Virus record (IMG/VR): IMGVR_UViG_2862465376_000001
Location: 92,950 to 156,949 of that record
Strand: one strand, 5' to 3'
DNA from: a virus
Lineage: Duplodnaviria > Caudoviricetes
DNA length: 64,000 bases
Below, piece after piece: positions 10,329-21,147 of the stretch. The notes beneath the pieces were generated by a model. It was not told the DNA's origin, ran no database searches, and was given only the letters and a program-made list of their open reading frames with translations. The translations under genes were made by a program, and so were the position numbers. How positions within the stretch are numbered: the stretch's first letter is position 1; each line of letters starts with the position of its first letter.

Positions 10329-10838
10329 GTGAACCTGCACGTCAACCTCGACGACTCCTGGAACTACATCCTCGGCGGCCTCGACCTCGTCGGCCTCGTC
10401 GCCCTGCGCGCCGTCGGCCAGAAGAAGGCCGTCGGCTGGATCTGGGCGATGTTCACCCAGGCCGTCTGGGTCATTTACTCGCTGGCCACCCTGCAGTGGG
10501 GATTCCTCGTCCCGGCCGTCATCAAGCTCGCCCTCTACACCTGGAACTACGTCTCCTGGGTCCGCAGCGACAAGGCGGAGGCGGAGGCGGAGGCGAAGAC
10601 CGTCGAGGACCTGGCGCTGGAGATGGCCAAGCTCGTCCTGCCCGACGCCCACGGCGGCCACCACGTCGCCGCCGCCTCGTTCCTCGTCCGGGCCAGCCGC
10701 GTCGCCGCCCTCTACCCCGAGAAGGCAGACGACATGCACCGAGAGAAGGGAGCCCCCGGTGGCCGCCCCCGTCTTCACCCCCAGCTTCCGCCGAGTCGTC
10801 GCGGACAGCCAGAAACTGGTCCTCGTACCGCTGATTGA
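10329..10838 (+). CDS. Small membrane protein (PnuC-like N-terminus)
   Basis: GQKKAVGWIWAMFTQAVWVIYS; three TM segments. Confidence 0.45.
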   Translation: MNLHVNLDDSWNYILGGLDLVGLVALRAVGQKKAVGWIWAMFTQAVWVIYSLATLQWGFLVPAVIKLALYTWNYVSWVRSDKAEAEAEAKTVEDLALEMAKLVLPDAHGGHHVAAASFLVRASRVAALYPEKADDMHREKGAPGGRPRLHPQLPPSRRGQPETGPRTAD

Positions 10839-11607
10839 GAACGCCGTCCAGCAGTGCGCGTTCCCCAAGAACTTCGTGGTCCGCCTGGAGTCGTACGCCG
10901 CCAAGCGCGAGCCCGACGGCTGGTTCCACCCGAGCACCCATCCGACGATGGACGAGCGGAAGCTGTACTACTACCTCGCCCACCCCGAGAAGTGGAACGA
11001 GCCCGAGTGGGACTACGGCCCCCGGATGTCCGTCCTCGTCGGCACGATCATGCACGAGGTCGTCCAGACCGTCATGATCAAGATGGGCCTCCTCGTCGCC
11101 CCGAAGGGCACCTGCGTCGCCTGCGGCAAGCCCCACGGCAAGGGCAAGGGGAAGTGCGACGAGTGGGGCGTACGCGACGACCTCCTCGGACGGCGCGGCC
11201 ACATGGACGGCCTCCTCGACATCCCCGGCTGGTGCGAGCCCGGCGCGGGCATCTTCGACCTCAAGACCGCCGCCCCCTCCTCCCTGCGGGGCATCGAGAG
11301 CCACGACCTGGACGCCTTCAGGCTCAAGTGGCCCTACTACTACGGCCAGGCCCAGGAGTACATGGCCCTCACCGGCAAACTCAAGGCCCTGATTCTCTTC
11401 CTCGCCATGAGCGACGGATGGAAGATGGTCGAGTTCACCATCCCGCGCGACGACCTGTACATCGCCCGCCTGGAAGCGAAGTACCGTGCCGTCAGGCAGT
11501 ACGTCGAGATGGGAACTCCGCCACCCGTCGCCTGCTGCACCGCCAAGGCAGCAGCCCGCAAGTGCCCCGCCAGCACCTGCTCCGTCAAGATCGGATTCGC
11601 CGCATGA
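10759..11607 (+). CDS. PD-(D/E)XK exonuclease (Cas4/RecB-like)
   Basis: FHPS, GTIMHE, GHMDG, FDLKT, QAQEYM, C-terminal Cys cluster. Confidence 0.75.
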   Translation: MAAPVFTPSFRRVVADSQKLVLVPLIENAVQQCAFPKNFVVRLESYAAKREPDGWFHPSTHPTMDERKLYYYLAHPEKWNEPEWDYGPRMSVLVGTIMHEVVQTVMIKMGLLVAPKGTCVACGKPHGKGKGKCDEWGVRDDLLGRRGHMDGLLDIPGWCEPGAGIFDLKTAAPSSLRGIESHDLDAFRLKWPYYYGQAQEYMALTGKLKALILFLAMSDGWKMVEFTIPRDDLYIARLEAKYRAVRQYVEMGTPPPVACCTAKAAARKCPASTCSVKIGFAA

Positions 11608-12173
11608 GCAAGCGCACCCGCCTCGCCAAGGCCCCCTACCGCTCCAACGGCAGCCTCATGGACTGGGTCGGCACCGTCGAACCCCACGAGTGGCGCGACA
11701 ACAAGCCCTTCCCCGCCATGTTGATCCTGCAGGGCACCGAGCGCGGCATGTCGGCCGCCCGGTTCGTCTGGCACAGCGACAAGGGCCACGTCTACAAGAT
11801 GTTCATGACCGACATGGTCAGCCTCGTCCAGAACGCCACCAACCTCTACAAGGGCACCGCCGACACCTGGTGGGTCGTCCAGAAGCGCGGCAAGAACTAC
11901 GGCATCCGCCTTGCCGACAACGACGACCTCAAGCACGCCGGGCACGTCGCCGGTCCCAAGGCCGACTGCCCGGCGTGCGAGGGCGTCGCCTACGGCTACG
12001 AGTCCTGGTGCCCCCTCCCGCCCACCGCCGACCAGCCGCACCAGGCTCGCCACAACATGGCCATCGTAGGTCGCTGCATCTGCGGTGAGCGGTTCGGCCA
12101 CCCCATCCACCGCTCCTGCACCTGCGCGCCCGAGGATCGCACCGCCTGCAGCGCCGACAACTGCCCCGGCTGA
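11604..12173 (+). CDS. Hypothetical protein, Cys-rich C-terminus
   Basis: ATGA coupling, codon bias. Confidence 0.55.
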   Translation: MSKRTRLAKAPYRSNGSLMDWVGTVEPHEWRDNKPFPAMLILQGTERGMSAARFVWHSDKGHVYKMFMTDMVSLVQNATNLYKGTADTWWVVQKRGKNYGIRLADNDDLKHAGHVAGPKADCPACEGVAYGYESWCPLPPTADQPHQARHNMAIVGRCICGERFGHPIHRSCTCAPEDRTACSADNCPG

Positions 12174-12175
12174 GC

Positions 12176-12934
12176 ATGACCATCCGCAGCCTGCTCGAAC
12201 ACTTCGGTCTCGACACCGCCGGTCGGGACATCTACGTCGGCGACCGCCTCGTCGACCCCGCCCCTCCGACCGCCAACGGAGCCCCCATGAAGACCGCCCA
12301 GCCCTCCATCCCCGGCCTGGACACCGCGATCCGCCACGTGCCGTTCCAGCCGCCGACGCTCGACCAGTTCGCCCACGCCACCGTCCAGGCCTACGACCAG
12401 TCCCTGGCCAACACCGGCGTCGTCCTGCTCAAGTCCAACGAGCTGGGCCTGCACCTGCTGTCCACCGCGATGATCCGGCCGCCCGCCGAGATCCTCGACA
12501 TCCCCTCCACCGACGGCAACTTCGCCCGCGCCGAGTACATCTCCAGCGGCATCATGCAGCACCGCCGGGGCTACGCCTCCTCGGTCGACGCCGTCCTCTA
12601 CGAGCGCCCGCCCGTTCACGGCCAGCGCATCGAGTCCATCCTGCTCGCCGGGCGCGAGGTCCACCGCGCCACCGGCGGCCGGGCCATCATGGTCGACAAC
12701 CGCCACGCCAAGAAGCTCCTCATCGGCCGCGCCGGAACGAAGCAGAACCCGGTCAAGAAGGCCCACGTCAAGGAGATGGTCGAGGCCTACCTGACCCCGC
12801 CCAAGGACCAGGGCAAGAACATGCCCTGGAACGAGCACATCCGCGACGCCTGCATGCTTGCCCTCGCCTGGCTCCTCGACGAGAAGGAACGCCAGGTCCA
12901 GTCCCAGGCCCAGTTCCTGGCCGCCGCCGCGTGA
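12176..12934 (+). CDS. RuvC-like Holliday junction resolvase
   Basis: AYDQSLANTGVV, VLYERP, KAHVK, HIRDAC acidic residue pattern. Confidence 0.6.
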   Translation: MTIRSLLEHFGLDTAGRDIYVGDRLVDPAPPTANGAPMKTAQPSIPGLDTAIRHVPFQPPTLDQFAHATVQAYDQSLANTGVVLLKSNELGLHLLSTAMIRPPAEILDIPSTDGNFARAEYISSGIMQHRRGYASSVDAVLYERPPVHGQRIESILLAGREVHRATGGRAIMVDNRHAKKLLIGRAGTKQNPVKKAHVKEMVEAYLTPPKDQGKNMPWNEHIRDACMLALAWLLDEKERQVQSQAQFLAAAA

Positions 12935-13067
12935 CTGCCCGGCACGCCCACGGCATGGACTGCTGCTGGGACTGCTTCTCCGGCCGCCGTACCCACCCCG
13001 AGACCGGGGACGGCGAGCCGGACCCCCACTGCGACGAGAACTGCCCACCGCCGGACGAGGACCAGAC

Positions 13068-13772
13068 ATGAGCGACATCAACGACAGCGACCTCATCGAC
13101 GACACCCGGCTGGCCGAGCAGGCCAAGCGCGTCATAGACGAGGTCTCCCGCGAGGCCGACCAGCTGCTCGCCCCCGACATCGCCCCCGACCGGGCCCGCG
13201 TCAACACCCCCAACTTCTCCCGCATGCGCCGCGAGTGGCGGCCGGGCGACGAGGCCGAGATCGCCGGAATCGTCGCCGAGGCCAACGGCGTCATCCACCG
13301 CGAGTTCCCCGGCATCTTCCTCATCCTCAACGACATCTGGGCCATCGCCCGTGAGCCGATCGTCAACCTGAAGACCAGAGAGATCGCGACCGATGCGTTC
13401 GGCTGGCCGCTGTGGAAGCGACTGCCGTCCGGCGCCTACGCCGAGGACTACTCCAAGCTGACCGGACGCGAGAAGGACGACTTCCTGCTCCGCATCACCA
13501 TGGGCCTGCTGGAGTGGCGCCGCCAGGCCGACCTGGCCCACCGCCTGCCCTCCATGCTCGCCAAGGGCCGCTGGGAGGAGGCCATGGCCACCGGCTTCGT
13601 CGCCCCCACCGGCCGCATGACGGTCGAGGAGCGCACCCAGCGCGGCCGCCAGTACTCCGCCCAGGACCGCTACTGGGCCATCTACCTCGCCGAGGTCTCC
13701 CGCGCCGCCGACCACCTCGTGTCCGGGATGGAGTTGTTGGGCCAGCGACTGAAGGACTCGTTGACGGCATGA
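13068..13772 (+). CDS. Hypothetical protein
   Basis: GAGG RBS, codon bias. Confidence 0.65.
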   Translation: MSDINDSDLIDDTRLAEQAKRVIDEVSREADQLLAPDIAPDRARVNTPNFSRMRREWRPGDEAEIAGIVAEANGVIHREFPGIFLILNDIWAIAREPIVNLKTREIATDAFGWPLWKRLPSGAYAEDYSKLTGREKDDFLLRITMGLLEWRRQADLAHRLPSMLAKGRWEEAMATGFVAPTGRMTVEERTQRGRQYSAQDRYWAIYLAEVSRAADHLVSGMELLGQRLKDSLTA

Positions 13773-14090
13773 GTGAGAAGAAGCGGCCGGACAGGACCGT
13801 CACGCTGACCGAAGCCGACCGGAAGTTCCTCTCCTTCGCCCTCGACGAGGCAGCGGACGAGATGTGCCACCGCGACGGATTCGTCGATGAGGACTGGGCT
13901 CTGCTGGAGAGGTGGCGCGGCCTGACAGACCCGCCGACCGCCTGATCCTGTCCCGCCCCAAAGTTCCTGCCACGAAAAGTTGGAGTTGCAGGAGGGACCA
14001 CACCTATGCTGACAGAAATCCCAGGTGCACTGCCGCCACATGAGCACCAGGTAAGGCGCGACCGCCACGCGTCAGCAAAGGAACCCGCCT

Positions 14091-14477
14091 GTGACAATTC
14101 CCGTACGCCTGCTCCGGGAACTGTTCCGGAACCTCCAGGCATGGAACGCCCTCTACGAGATCGAGGGCAAGGACACCATAACTGGCCCGGACCGGTCCGA
14201 GTACTGCATCCACGACATCGTCCACCTCTACCTGACAGCCGTGAACGGACGCGGCGCCAACGGAAAGCACCTGCTTTCCCCGCGCCAGCGCGAAGCAATC
14301 CAGCTGTTCCTTATCGAGAACAGGCCCGAGCGGGAAGTTGCCCGCATCATGGGCGTCTCCGAGGACAACCCCGTCGCCTCCTACGCCACCCAGGGCCTGG
14401 TCCGGCTCAACCAGCTCATCGAGACCGGCGTCATCCCCGGCGTCGGCGACCGCGAGGACGAGGCGGTGGCCGCATGA
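14091..14477 (+). CDS. Sigma-70 region 4-like HTH protein
   Basis: LSPRQREAIQLFLIENRPEREVARIMGVS. Confidence 0.7.
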   Translation: MTIPVRLLRELFRNLQAWNALYEIEGKDTITGPDRSEYCIHDIVHLYLTAVNGRGANGKHLLSPRQREAIQLFLIENRPEREVARIMGVSEDNPVASYATQGLVRLNQLIETGVIPGVGDREDEAVAA

Positions 14478-14767
14478 GCAACCGCGTACGCCACGGCGTC
14501 GACCCCGAGCTGGAAGCCCAGGCCGACGCCCTCCTGCGTCAGTCCTTCCTCGACCAGCCCGACCCCGAGGCCAAGTCGCTGATCCTCACGCAGTACAAGC
14601 TGCAGAACCGGCTCAAGCGCGAGGTCTTCGTCCCCGGCGGCACCCCCGACGGCGCCGTCCGCAAGGGCAGCTTCCACCGCAGCATCAACCGCCGCTACCC
14701 GCACCTCAACGCCACCGAGGGCGCCGCCCGGCCCCAGCACCGCATCCCCCTGAAGGCCGACGAGTGA
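14474..14767 (+). CDS. Hypothetical protein
   Basis: ATGA coupling. Confidence 0.55.
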   Translation: MSNRVRHGVDPELEAQADALLRQSFLDQPDPEAKSLILTQYKLQNRLKREVFVPGGTPDGAVRKGSFHRSINRRYPHLNATEGAARPQHRIPLKADE

Positions 14768-15414
14768 GCGACAACCTCCCCGCCCTCGCCGACCCGGACA
14801 GCGACGGCCCCACCAGCATGGTCCTGGTCAAGATCGGCGACCGCACGGTCCCCGCCAAGACCGGCCCCCGCTGCCGCGTCTGCCAGTCCCCCCACCGGGC
14901 CAAGATCGACTCCTGGATCATCGAGGGCTACACCCGGCCGACCATCCTCGAATGGCTCGCAGACATGGAGGAAGGCCCCGCAGGCCACCCCTCCGAGAAG
15001 GCACTGCGCGGCCACACCGACCGCCACCTGCCCCTGGAAGTCCGCGCCCAGACCGCCATCCTCGACCGCCGCGCCGGACAACTCGGCGAGGAGATCGAAA
15101 AATATGGCGGCCGTGTCGCCGACCACCTCTCCGCCCTCGATATGGTCGTACTGCAGGGCTTCGACGGCATCCAGAAGGGCACCATCAAGGTCGACGCCGC
15201 GACCCTGATGAAAGCCATCGACCTCAAGCACAAAATCGACACCACCGTCAGCGGGGGAGTGGACGCCAACGTCTGGCGAGACGCCCTCATGGAATACATG
15301 CGAATCGCCATCGGATTCATCCCGGTCGACCGCCGGAAAGACTTCGCAGCAGCCCTCGACGCAAGCCCCGTTCTCGCCGCCCTCTCGAAGAACGCACAGC
15401 AGAACAACATTTAA
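14764..15414 (+). CDS. Zn-finger/HTH protein, possible terminase small subunit
   Basis: CRVC...HTDRH then helical region; lies upstream of terL (function is inference). Confidence 0.4.
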   Translation: MSDNLPALADPDSDGPTSMVLVKIGDRTVPAKTGPRCRVCQSPHRAKIDSWIIEGYTRPTILEWLADMEEGPAGHPSEKALRGHTDRHLPLEVRAQTAILDRRAGQLGEEIEKYGGRVADHLSALDMVVLQGFDGIQKGTIKVDAATLMKAIDLKHKIDTTVSGGVDANVWRDALMEYMRIAIGFIPVDRRKDFAAALDASPVLAALSKNAQQNNI

Positions 15415-15476
15415 ATTCTTCCGGACCGCCAGCCGGGGACCACCACTCCTTACCGCCAGAGGAGAACACCGCCACC

Positions 15477-16466
15477 ATGCACCTGCGCGAACTGCCCACC
15501 AGGACCCTCGCCGACGTCGCCGTCGCCTGGAAGCACCACGACCGCGAATGGACCTCCGACGCCTGCGTCCCCCGCGCCGACTACGCGCGCGCCCCGCAGC
15601 AGGAACCCATCCTGATCCTCGGCGACCACGAGATCACCCTGGACGAGCAGGCCAGTGCCCGGCTGTGCGCCTTCTACCAGATCCCCACCGCGTACTTCCG
15701 CCGGATCACCCCGGCCGAGCAGCACTTCGTGATGAACGCCCGTATGGACCACGCCGAGGGCGAGATCACGATCACCTACAACGACCTCGGCATCACCGAC
15801 GTCCGCAAACCCACCAAGCCGCGCGTCGAGGCCGACGAGTTCGTCCGCATCGCCCACCGCATCCTCCCGGCCAGCGCCACCGTCCTCGACGCCTGGGTCA
15901 CCGCCGACGAACTCCGCCTGGACGTCATCAACCACGACGTCGAGGACGGCATCAGGGGCGGTCTGCGCTTCGGCCAGAACCGCAAGCAGAACCTGGCGCC
16001 GACCGTGGCACCGCTCCTCTTCCACGAGGACACCACCACGGTCATCGAGATCCCCGACCCCTCCCTGAAGATCGACGCACGCGGCATCTCCGTCGACAAG
16101 ATCGCCGAGCGCCTCGCGGCCGAAGCCCTCCGCGCCGCCGCCCGCCTCCACTCCGACGCCCAGCACCTGCTCCGCCTGGCCAACATCTCCATCGCCGGAG
16201 ACCGCATCACCCGCCTGCACCGCGTCGCCGCCGAGCACGGCCTGCCCGTCCGGCCCCTCTCCGACATCACCATCGCCCTCTCCCGCAGCGACGAGCCCAC
16301 CATGCTCGACCTCGCCCTCGCGATCGGCAACGCGGCCAACAGCCCCAAGCTCACCCTCGACTCCACCAAGCGCGCCGTCCGCATCAGGCTCCAGACCACC
16401 GCCGGAGCCCTCGTCGTGGACGAGGCCGAACGCTGCGCCTCCTGCCACGCCCTCGTCGCCGCCTGA
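15477..16466 (+). CDS. Hypothetical protein (possibly DUF932-like)
   Basis: GAGGAG RBS; QASARLCAFYQIPTAYFRR. Confidence 0.55.
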   Translation: MHLRELPTRTLADVAVAWKHHDREWTSDACVPRADYARAPQQEPILILGDHEITLDEQASARLCAFYQIPTAYFRRITPAEQHFVMNARMDHAEGEITITYNDLGITDVRKPTKPRVEADEFVRIAHRILPASATVLDAWVTADELRLDVINHDVEDGIRGGLRFGQNRKQNLAPTVAPLLFHEDTTTVIEIPDPSLKIDARGISVDKIAERLAAEALRAAARLHSDAQHLLRLANISIAGDRITRLHRVAAEHGLPVRPLSDITIALSRSDEPTMLDLALAIGNAANSPKLTLDSTKRAVRIRLQTTAGALVVDEAERCASCHALVAA

Positions 16467-16484
16467 CCGTCACAGGAGAACGCC

Positions 16485-17123
16485 ATGCCCGACTCCAGCC
16501 TCGACTTCGAGAGCCTCCAGCGCCTGAGCCAGCGCGGGGACAGTCTCCGTCAGCGCTCCGGAGACCAGCCCCTGCCCGCCGAGGGCCAGGAGAACGTCCA
16601 GGACAAGCTCATCGACCTGATCAAGGAACGCCGCGACCTCGGCGTCCAGCGCTACGGTCGCCCGCTGCAGACCTTCAACGGCCGCAACGCCGTCCGGGAC
16701 GCCCTCGAAGAGGCCCTCGACCTCTCCACCTACCTCATGCAGGTCGAGATGGAGAAGAAGGCCACCCAGGCCTGCATCCGAGAGGCCCTCCACCTCCATC
16801 GCGCGAACGAGATCGGCGTGTGCGTCACCTGCAGGTGCTACTCGCCCTGCTTCACCCGGCGCATCCTCACCAGCGTCACCCCGCCCGCCACCGAGCCGGA
16901 CATCACCGTCACCACCGTGCATCCGGTCGAGGAGATCGCGGTCCACCCCGACTCCGTGGACATCCTCAAGAGCCAGCTGAAGCTGCACGGCGCCGAGGAG
17001 CGCCTGGGCGCGCCGATCGGTCAGATGTTCGGTTACCCCATCGTCCACGACGACCGGCTCGCGCCCGGCGCCGTCCGCATGCGCCCGCGCGGCTACGACG
17101 ACCACCCCTCCGCCCGCCCCTGA
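16485..17123 (+). CDS. MazG-like all-alpha NTP pyrophosphatase-domain protein (tentative)
   Basis: RDLGVQRYGRPL...DALEEALDLSTYL. Confidence 0.45.
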   Translation: MPDSSLDFESLQRLSQRGDSLRQRSGDQPLPAEGQENVQDKLIDLIKERRDLGVQRYGRPLQTFNGRNAVRDALEEALDLSTYLMQVEMEKKATQACIREALHLHRANEIGVCVTCRCYSPCFTRRILTSVTPPATEPDITVTTVHPVEEIAVHPDSVDILKSQLKLHGAEERLGAPIGQMFGYPIVHDDRLAPGAVRMRPRGYDDHPSARP

Positions 17124-17148
17124 TCCCGCCCCCGCCAAGAGGAGCCTC

Positions 17149-17625
17149 ATGAGCACCGACCACCCTTCCGGCCTGATCCTGCCGCCGGGCGTCCAGTCCC
17201 CGGCCGCCGCCGGTCCCGACTACCTCGACCGCGAGTACGGCGGCGTCCACAAGCGCCAGGAGACCGCCCAGGGCGACATCCTCGACTCGGAGATCCTCCA
17301 GCTGGAGGCGATCTTCGAGGACATGCTGTACCGCTACAGCGCCAAGGCGTTCGACGTTGACGTCTTCGAGCGCGAGGCCAAGGAGCGCGTCCACTCCCAG
17401 CTCGGCCTCGCCATCACCGTCAGCTGGAAGCCCGTCATGGACACCGCCACCGGCAGGATCATCGAAGGCAAGCTCAGCCCGAAGATCGAGATCGCCGGAC
17501 GCGTGGAGAAGAAGGCCTTCGACCACGACCAGAAGGTCTTCGAGGTGACCCGGGACATCGCGGACCTCGGCACCCAGGGCGTCATCGAATCCGGCGAGGC
17601 CGCGCGCGGGGGACACCCGCACTGA
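17149..17625 (+). CDS. Hypothetical protein
   Basis: GAGGAG RBS, codon bias. Confidence 0.65.
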   Translation: MSTDHPSGLILPPGVQSPAAAGPDYLDREYGGVHKRQETAQGDILDSEILQLEAIFEDMLYRYSAKAFDVDVFEREAKERVHSQLGLAITVSWKPVMDTATGRIIEGKLSPKIEIAGRVEKKAFDHDQKVFEVTRDIADLGTQGVIESGEAARGGHPH

Positions 17626-17755
17626 TGAGCTTCCTGCGCACCTTCCTCGTCCGTCAGCTCACGATCGGGTTCGAGAACCCCGACTGGCACTGGGCGTATT
17701 CCACCGCCCAGCTCTGGCGCTGGTACGAGCAGCTTGACCCTGATCGGAGCGGCCG

Positions 17756-18037
17756 ATGAACCGGCTCCTCGACTGGGACGACGACAGCATCACCGTCACC
17801 GTCATCCCACACGCCTGCAACTCCTGCGGCGAGCGCAACGACAAGGTCCACCTGAGCCTGGAGGCCGTCGTCTCCGGCACCAGCGACTTCGTCGGCGTCC
17901 GGACAGTCGGCAAGACCCTGTGCTGCGGCGGCGAGTACCGCACCGCCTACCCGGCCGTCCGCACCGCCGTCATCCTGGAACGCCTCAAGACCTGCCCCAA
18001 ACACAAGAAAAGCATCGAAAACCTGAAAGGGGAATAG
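17756..18037 (+). CDS. Small Cys-containing hypothetical protein
   Basis: CNSC..CC; fits operon. Confidence 0.5.
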   Translation: MNRLLDWDDDSITVTVIPHACNSCGERNDKVHLSLEAVVSGTSDFVGVRTVGKTLCCGGEYRTAYPAVRTAVILERLKTCPKHKKSIENLKGE

Positions 18038-18038
18038 C

Positions 18039-18635
18039 GTGACCGCTGCCAGCGAGTGCGTCGGCAAGATCGTGAGTATCGAACGAATCGACGCAGACTA
18101 CCCCAGCTATCCGGCCTACCCCGAAGGTGAGTACCTGGTCAGTCACGCAACCGACAGCAAGTTCTGCGGGGTTCGCATCAACCGAGGGCACAAGCACGGA
18201 GGCTTTACCGCGCTTGCGCTTGCGGGTGCCGCAATCACCCAAGGCGTGCCCCTGACCGGCGACGACGCCTACAGGATCTACCGAGTCAGAGGCGTCGAGT
18301 CATGGATGGCGAAGTCCCTGGACGCCCTCTCCGCCGAGATCGCCTTCAACAGAGAGGACCTGCGTCAGCAGCCACCTAGCGACCCCTCCTTCTGGGAGAT
18401 GGCCGCACAGAGGGTCCTCAAGCTCCGCACCCTGCTGGAACGTGCAGAAATCACCAGCGACCCTGGCGTCAAGCCTTCATGCGCCTACCCCGGCTGCTGC
18501 AGGCAGCCCGCCCAGGCCCTGGAGGGGCAGGGCCGGGACGAACTGCCTGTCCTGGACGTCTACCTGCCGCCGGGCGCCGCCGTCCATGCCCGCCCCGGTT
18601 ACATCCTGCGGGTCCACCACGACGCGGCGGCCTGA
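18039..18635 (+). CDS. Hypothetical protein
   Basis: Fits operon; atypical codon usage in 5' half. Confidence 0.45.
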   Translation: MTAASECVGKIVSIERIDADYPSYPAYPEGEYLVSHATDSKFCGVRINRGHKHGGFTALALAGAAITQGVPLTGDDAYRIYRVRGVESWMAKSLDALSAEIAFNREDLRQQPPSDPSFWEMAAQRVLKLRTLLERAEITSDPGVKPSCAYPGCCRQPAQALEGQGRDELPVLDVYLPPGAAVHARPGYILRVHHDAAA

Positions 18636-18685
18636 CGCTGTCCCCGCGCGCCCTCCCCGCCCCAAGAGGCGAGGAGGGCGCCTTC

Positions 18686-20884
18686 ATGAGCACGCCGGAA
18701 GACACATCGCCGCTGGCCGGGTTCGACCCCACCGCGATCCACCACCTGTTCCTCGGGCTCGACGTCCCCGACCCGATCACCTTCGTCGTCTCACCGAAGT
18801 ACCTGAGCAGGCCCAACCTGTACCCCCGACAGGCCACCCTTCTGAAATGCTTTTTTCTCAGAGAGGACCTGTTCACCGAGTACGACTACCGCGTCGTCGC
18901 CGAGTGGGACGAGGCCTACCGCACCGCCAAGAGCGCCAACGAGCAGCGCGCCGCCCGCGCCGCCGCCCTCGCCGAAGAGCAGGACCCCGAAGCCGCCCTC
19001 GCGGCCGAGGTCGACGACATCATGACCGACGCCCTCGACGAGCTGGCCCAGCAGGTCCTCCTCGAAGGCAACGAAGACGCCCCCAAGATGCCCCTGTCCG
19101 GCACCCCGGACATCCTCGGCCGCATGCGCGCCTGCAAGGCGCTCGGCTACAGCTGGTTCAAAGAGATCCTCCTGGTCATGGGCCGCCGCGCCGGGAAGGG
19201 CCACATCAGCGCCCTGGCCATGGCGTACGTCCTGTGGTGCTACATGGCCAAGGGCGACCCCCAGGAGCACTACGGCGTCGACCGCGACAAGAAGCTCGCC
19301 GCCCTGATCTTCGCGGGCAAGCGCGACCAGGCCAAGCAGAACCTCTGGCGCGACTTCGTCAACGTCGTCACCGGAGCCCCCTGCTTCGCCCCCTACATCG
19401 CCAGCTCCCTCGGCGAGAAGCTGTCCGTCTACGCCCCCCACGACTTCGTCCGCATGGAGGAGATGCGCAAGAAGGGCATCAAGACCGCCATGGACATGGC
19501 CACCTTCGAGATCCTCCCGAAGGAATCCACCGTCATGGCCGGACGAGGCCCCGCCTCCTTCATCCTCGGCTTCGACGAGATGGCCCACGTCGTCAACGCG
19601 GGCGCCAACCGCTCCGCAGGCGAGGTCTACGACGCCTCCACCCCCTCCCTCGACCAGTTCGGCAAGGACGGCTTCATCGTCGAACCCAGCTCGCCGTGGG
19701 AAATGAGCGGCAAGTTCTACGACAACTGGCTGCGCGCCACCAGCTTCGAAGACGACGGCACCCCCACCTACCCCGCCGTCATGATGATCCAGCTCCCCAG
19801 CTGGGACATCTACCTCGACTGGCAGATCGCCCACGAACTGCCCCTCTTCCCCGAAGGCTTCCAGGGCGACAACGCCGAGTACGAGAACGCCCCCCTCCCC
19901 GGCTTCCGCGTCCTCAAGGGCGCCATCCAGACCTACGACGAAGAGATGCGCAAGCTGGAGAAGGCCGACCCCGACACCTTCAAGGTCGAACGCCGCGCCC
20001 AGTGGGCCACCGTCCTCGACGCCTACCTCGACCCCGCCAAGGTCGAAGCCGTCTTCTCCCCCTGGTACGCCCGCCCCGAACGCTACGGCAGCCCCCTCAT
20101 CGTCCCCACCGAGCGCGGCGTCCTCGCCTACGTCTACAAGGGCCACGCCGACCCCAGCTCCGTGAACTGCCGCTTCGGCATCGCCGTCGGCCACACCGAG
20201 ACCGACGACGAGGGGCGCCCCCACGCCGTCTTCGACAAGATCCACCACTTCGATCCGGCCGACTTCCCGAATCACACCATCGACTACGAAGAGGTCGAGG
20301 ACTGGATCTGGGAGGAGATCATCAGCGTCTACCAGCCCGAGGACTTCACGTTCGACCAGTATCAGAGTGTCGGCAGCATTCAGAAACTCGTCAAACAGGT
20401 CGCCCGCGCCCGCCTGGCCAAGCGGGTCAACATCTGGGAGCGCACCGCCACCAACCAGCTGAACTGGAAGTACGCCGAGACCTTCAAGGCCGCCATCAAC
20501 CTCGGCCTCGTCCACGCCCCCGCCTACGAGGACGGCGAACTGGAACTCAAGTTCCTGCAGAAACCGCCAGGCATCAACCGCGTCGACCACCCCACCGTCG
20601 GACCGGTCCAGACCAAAGACATCGCCGACGCGATCATGATCACCACCTACGCCCTCATCGGCGACTGGATCAGCGGCTACAAGGAGCAGCTCAACGCCGC
20701 CAGCGCCCGAGGCGCCATGCAGGGCGGCCTGCACGGATCCAGCCCGCACAGCCCCGAAATGACCTCGGCAGACCACGACCTCCAGGGCCGCCTCGACGCC
20801 TTGCGCCAGTTCACCCGCACCCGCACCGGCCGCCCCGGATGGGAACAGGGACTCGGCCGCACCCGGACCGGATATCGCCGTTGA
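18686..20884 (+). CDS. Terminase large subunit
   Basis: YPRQ; Walker A MGRRAGKG; Walker B ILGFDEMAH; SSP; nuclease HADPS, FTFDQYQS, KDIADA. Confidence 0.85.
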   Translation: MSTPEDTSPLAGFDPTAIHHLFLGLDVPDPITFVVSPKYLSRPNLYPRQATLLKCFFLREDLFTEYDYRVVAEWDEAYRTAKSANEQRAARAAALAEEQDPEAALAAEVDDIMTDALDELAQQVLLEGNEDAPKMPLSGTPDILGRMRACKALGYSWFKEILLVMGRRAGKGHISALAMAYVLWCYMAKGDPQEHYGVDRDKKLAALIFAGKRDQAKQNLWRDFVNVVTGAPCFAPYIASSLGEKLSVYAPHDFVRMEEMRKKGIKTAMDMATFEILPKESTVMAGRGPASFILGFDEMAHVVNAGANRSAGEVYDASTPSLDQFGKDGFIVEPSSPWEMSGKFYDNWLRATSFEDDGTPTYPAVMMIQLPSWDIYLDWQIAHELPLFPEGFQGDNAEYENAPLPGFRVLKGAIQTYDEEMRKLEKADPDTFKVERRAQWATVLDAYLDPAKVEAVFSPWYARPERYGSPLIVPTERGVLAYVYKGHADPSSVNCRFGIAVGHTETDDEGRPHAVFDKIHHFDPADFPNHTIDYEEVEDWIWEEIISVYQPEDFTFDQYQSVGSIQKLVKQVARARLAKRVNIWERTATNQLNWKYAETFKAAINLGLVHAPAYEDGELELKFLQKPPGINRVDHPTVGPVQTKDIADAIMITTYALIGDWISGYKEQLNAASARGAMQGGLHGSSPHSPEMTSADHDLQGRLDALRQFTRTRTGRPGWEQGLGRTRTGYRR

Positions 20885-21147
20885 CCAGGAAAGGCGTTCT
20901 TGCCGAACCCAAAAACGCGTGGCACGATGGCCCTGTCTCGTGGATAGGGCTGCTGCATGCAGCCAGCGGCGTACCTGGGTGACAGACCGCAAGGTCGGCT
21001 CAGGCGTGAGGGTCGTTCTTGGCGGGATCACCCCACTTAAAACGTCCCACGATGACCCAGCGGGCCTCCCGGCCAGGATCCACCGGGAGGCCCGCTCATC
21101 TGTGTCCACCACCTCACCTCCAGCGCCAAGGACTGGAGGTGCCAGGG

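Noticed and set aside
10759-11607. Cas4-like nuclease as part of a CRISPR-Cas system
   Set aside because: It sits in a phage recombination operon 17 kb from the array with no other cas genes; solo Cas4-like exonucleases are common in phages.
18791-21112. Long antisense and alternate-frame ORFs (also 2749-4326, 60396-62768, upstream part of 43982-46621)
   Set aside because: Shadow ORFs caused by high GC3 bias; Arg/Pro/Gly-rich, lack motifs, and overlap better-supported genes.
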